The notes beneath the pieces are model-generated. The model saw only the letters and a program-made list of their open reading frames with translations. It ran no database searches and was not told where the DNA came from. A stretch of DNA of 63,647 bases, filler included, from Saprolegnia diclina VS20 (Eukaryota): NCBI RefSeq assembly GCF_000281045.1. It is 5 parts of one record of this genome, joined end to end, with 100 filler letters (N's around TTAATTAATTAA, not from the genome) between each part and the next. Parts side by side here need not be neighbours in the genome. Positions count along the whole stretch, not along the records: positions 58,947 to 63,647 come from NW_008246093.1; 4 more parts are not named here. One strand, 5' to 3'. A program made the position numbers and the translations under genes. Below are positions 61,099 through 63,647 of the stretch, one piece after another (positions within the stretch are counted from its first letter, which is position 1; every line of letters begins with the position of its first letter).

Positions 61099-62028
61099 TC
61101 ATACGCGCTCGAACGGCGTGACGTCATCGCGCGGCGTCTGGACAACCGCGGCTTCTTTGGGGTGGTTTTTATAGTAGACAAACTCCTCGACCGAGTACAT
61201 GGCGACGGCGACCCAGACCAGGATAAAGCCAATGAGCTTGGTCATCGAGAACGGTTCGTTGTACAAGACGACGCCAATCACAAACATGACGCTGGGAAAG
61301 ATGTACTGGAGCATGCCGAGGAGGCTGATCGAGATGCGCTGGGCGGCCGACGCAAAGAGGAGAAGCGGAATGATCGTGCACACGCCGCAACCCACGAGTA
61401 AAAAGTTGTCGACGACCGAGACGCGACCCAACGCGCCCGTGCCTTGGATCTCGAGCACGACAAGGTACACGATCGCGGGCGGGAACAAGATGGCTGTTTC
61501 CAGCGTGAGGCCGTAGAGCGCGTTGAGCGGCGCTTGCTTCTTGGCGACGCTGTAGATCGAGAACGTGATTGCGAGCGAGAGGGCGACCCACGGAAACGTG
61601 CCATTGTCGATCGCACAGACAAGGACGCCGCTCGTCGCCAACGCGATCGAGATCCACTGCCAGACACGGGGCCGCTCCTTGAAGAGCGCAACGCCAAAGA
61701 GTACGTTGAAGAGCGGCGTGATAAAGTACCCGAGGCTCGTCTCGACAATGAAGCCGGCGTTGACCGCCCAAATGTCGAGCGCCCAATTCGCAAAGACAAA
61801 GATACTCGCGATCGTGTAGATGACAATGATGCGCGACCCGCGGGCGTGCGCTCGAAAGTCGGACCAGCGACCAGTGCCAACCAAAATGAGCACGAGGATC
61901 AAAAGCGACCAGACGATACGATGCAGTGCGAGCTGGACGGCCGGAATCGACTCGACTTGCTTCCAGTAGATGGGCATGAAGCCCCAGAAGAGAAACGCGA
62001 GCACGCCGTGGAGGATGCCAGTGCGCAT
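61099..62028 (-). CDS. rarD: RarD-like EamA/DMT transporter (copy 2)
   Basis: MRTGILHGVLAFLFWGFMPIYWK, LHRIVWS, VETSLGYFITP, LGMLQYI. Intronless. Confidence 0.92.
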   Translation of the reverse strand: MRTGILHGVLAFLFWGFMPIYWKQVESIPAVQLALHRIVWSLLILVLILVGTGRWSDFRAHARGSRIIVIYTIASIFVFANWALDIWAVNAGFIVETSLGYFITPLFNVLFGVALFKERPRVWQWISIALATSGVLVCAIDNGTFPWVALSLAITFSIYSVAKKQAPLNALYGLTLETAILFPPAIVYLVVLEIQGTGALGRVSVVDNFLLVGCGVCTIIPLLLFASAAQRISISLLGMLQYIFPSVMFVIGVVLYNEPFSMTKLIGFILVWVAVAMYSVEEFVYYKNHPKEAAVVQTPRDDVTPFERV

Positions 62029-62035
62029 GGTGGAT

Positions 62036-62052
62036 GCAATTGAAAAGTGACT
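62036..62052 (-). promoter_or_regulatory. INR+FPR core promoter of rarD copy 2
   Basis: Minus strand AGTCACTTTTCAATTGC just before ATG 62028. It shares TCACTTTTCAATT with copy 1. Confidence 0.7.
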
Positions 62053-63131
62053 GCGTGGGTGCTGTCGCCATGTAGGGGTAGGGTACAAAACCACTGGTGA
62101 TTGCGTACCAGTGCCAAAAAGGCCCTGCCCACTCGCATAAACAGGCAAAGAAACTAAATATGGGCACTGCGTGTCGTTGTGTGCGAGGAACGATGGCGGG
62201 CCCGCAAGCGCGACCATCCTAGCGCCAGGCAAGGCCGCGGCGGCCAGTGCCAAAGCGCGGCCACCTGGTGAAAGCTCGTGGTGTGCAATCGCGACACGAC
62301 AAGGCCTCGTCCCACAGTCTCAAGCGGGTGCCAACAGCTGCTCTCAAGTCCAACTTCAAGGGCACGATTGGTATCGTGGGTAGTCGCGTTGGCGCCGGCC
62401 AGCCGTTCATTCGATTGTTGCGAAATTGAGCACTTGGCCGAAGCTGCACATGCTGCATCAAGGTACCAACAACGTAGTGCCAGACCATCGCTCTGCACCG
62501 AGGAACACCACGAGAATTCGGCTCTGGTACACTTCGAAGGTTGCTGCTGAACGCTTGCACCATCATGTGCCTGGCGTCAGCGTTGAATCGGGAGGCATCT
62601 TGAAGGCCCGAGCAGTGAATTCGCTGGGAAGAACCATATTGGTGATGCAGAGCTTGTCCTTTCCGCTGTTGGAAAATAAGTGTACATGGTCGTGTAAATA
62701 TCTTTCACGAATGGCCATCGCGGTCGTAGGTATCTCGTGTTGTCAAAGGAGTCGGTAAAGCTTTCATGTTAAGTGCTCTAGTCGTGTACTAAACTTGAAA
62801 CGGCAAGCATCCGGACCGAGTCGTGTTGTCAGTGCCAAGGTTCAAGAGGCTAGACTCCATAGGTGGGCTACACCTACCGAGTCTTTCGTCTGCGCAAGCG
62901 AGGCAGCTAACGCGCCGCCAAGGATTCTCAAATAATACAGCCTTAGAGGGACGAGCGTCTGTAGTGGGCAATCCGGACGTTTGCATTTGGCCGTTCTTCC
63001 GTCAGACTCCACGTCCCAAGTGCATTGATTGAAGACCCATCGATCGCTTCCAACGAACCGATTGAGAAAGAAAATTAAACCAAGTTGTCCAATAGTACAA
63101 TATTTATATATTCATTTACAATTCACGCAAG

Positions 63132-63647
63132 TTAGACGCGCTCATAGACGGCCTCATCACCCCGCGGCGACTCGACAGCCGCTGGCTTGGCCACTTGTTG
63201 CTGCTGCTTTTGATATACAAAACCCTCGACCGAGTAGACGGCGAGCGCCACCCAGACAAAGATAAACCCAATGAGCTTCACGAGCGAGAACGCCTCGCTG
63301 TACACGGCAACGCCCATGATGAACATGAGGCTCGGCGCAATGTACTGCAGCATGCCGAGGAGGCTGAACGGGATCTTCTGCGCTGCCGACGCGTACATCA
63401 AGAGTGGAATCACGGTCACGACACCCGCACCAACGGTCAAAACGTTGGCGGTCGTGCTGACGTGCAAGAAGGCGCCGTTGCCCTGAGCTTGGACGACCGA
63501 GAGGTAGATGACGGCCGGCACAAAGAGGATGCCCGTCTCGACCGTCATGCCGTGGAGAGCGTTGAGCGGCGCTTGCTTTTTGACGACACCATAGATCGAG
63601 AAGGAAACCGCGAGCGTGAGCGCGACCCACGGAAACTTGCCGTACGC
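63132..63647 (-). CDS. rarD: RarD-like EamA/DMT transporter (copy 3, 5' partial)
   Basis: KFPWVALTLAVSFSIYGVVKKQAPLNALHGMTVET..LGMLQYIAPS..GFIFVWVAL. Runs off the window end. Confidence 0.9.
   Translation of the reverse strand, partial: AYGKFPWVALTLAVSFSIYGVVKKQAPLNALHGMTVETGILFVPAVIYLSVVQAQGNGAFLHVSTTANVLTVGAGVVTVIPLLMYASAAQKIPFSLLGMLQYIAPSLMFIMGVAVYSEAFSLVKLIGFIFVWVALAVYSVEGFVYQKQQQQVAKPAAVESPRGDEAVYERV

Overview
Eukaryotic, GC-rich, gene-dense genomic DNA with short (~45-50 nt) GT-AG introns and oomycete INR/FPR core promoters. The gene content points to an oomycete, probably Saprolegniales (inference). It is a draft scaffold with seven 100-nt gaps. In order, the window holds: a ~13.8 kb multi-exon gene for a giant receptor-like protein (signal peptide, CUB/EGF/LamG modules, GGA(I/L)..FxxN beta-helix repeats, multi-TM tail); a nicotinamidase with a signal peptide; two START+FYVE genes; syntaxin-6; an oomycete-type Cys/His-motif protein; a small 'PNCPGRY' protein divergent from a methyltransferase; a C2H2 zinc-finger gene; a P4-ATPase flippase with a C-terminal DysF-like domain; a KANSL3/Tex30-like hydrolase; a multi-pass membrane protein; two more START+FYVE genes; a pogo-type deletion derivative with perfect TIRs next to a decayed Ty3/Gypsy element with an extra RNase H; ankyrin-repeat paralogs on apparently mis-ordered contigs; and three tandem intronless RarD-like transporters. 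The strongest candidates for new biology are the flippase-DysF fusion, the giant receptor, the secreted nicotinamidase and a recurrent TATCCGGA upstream motif. All gene models were built by eye and no searches were run.
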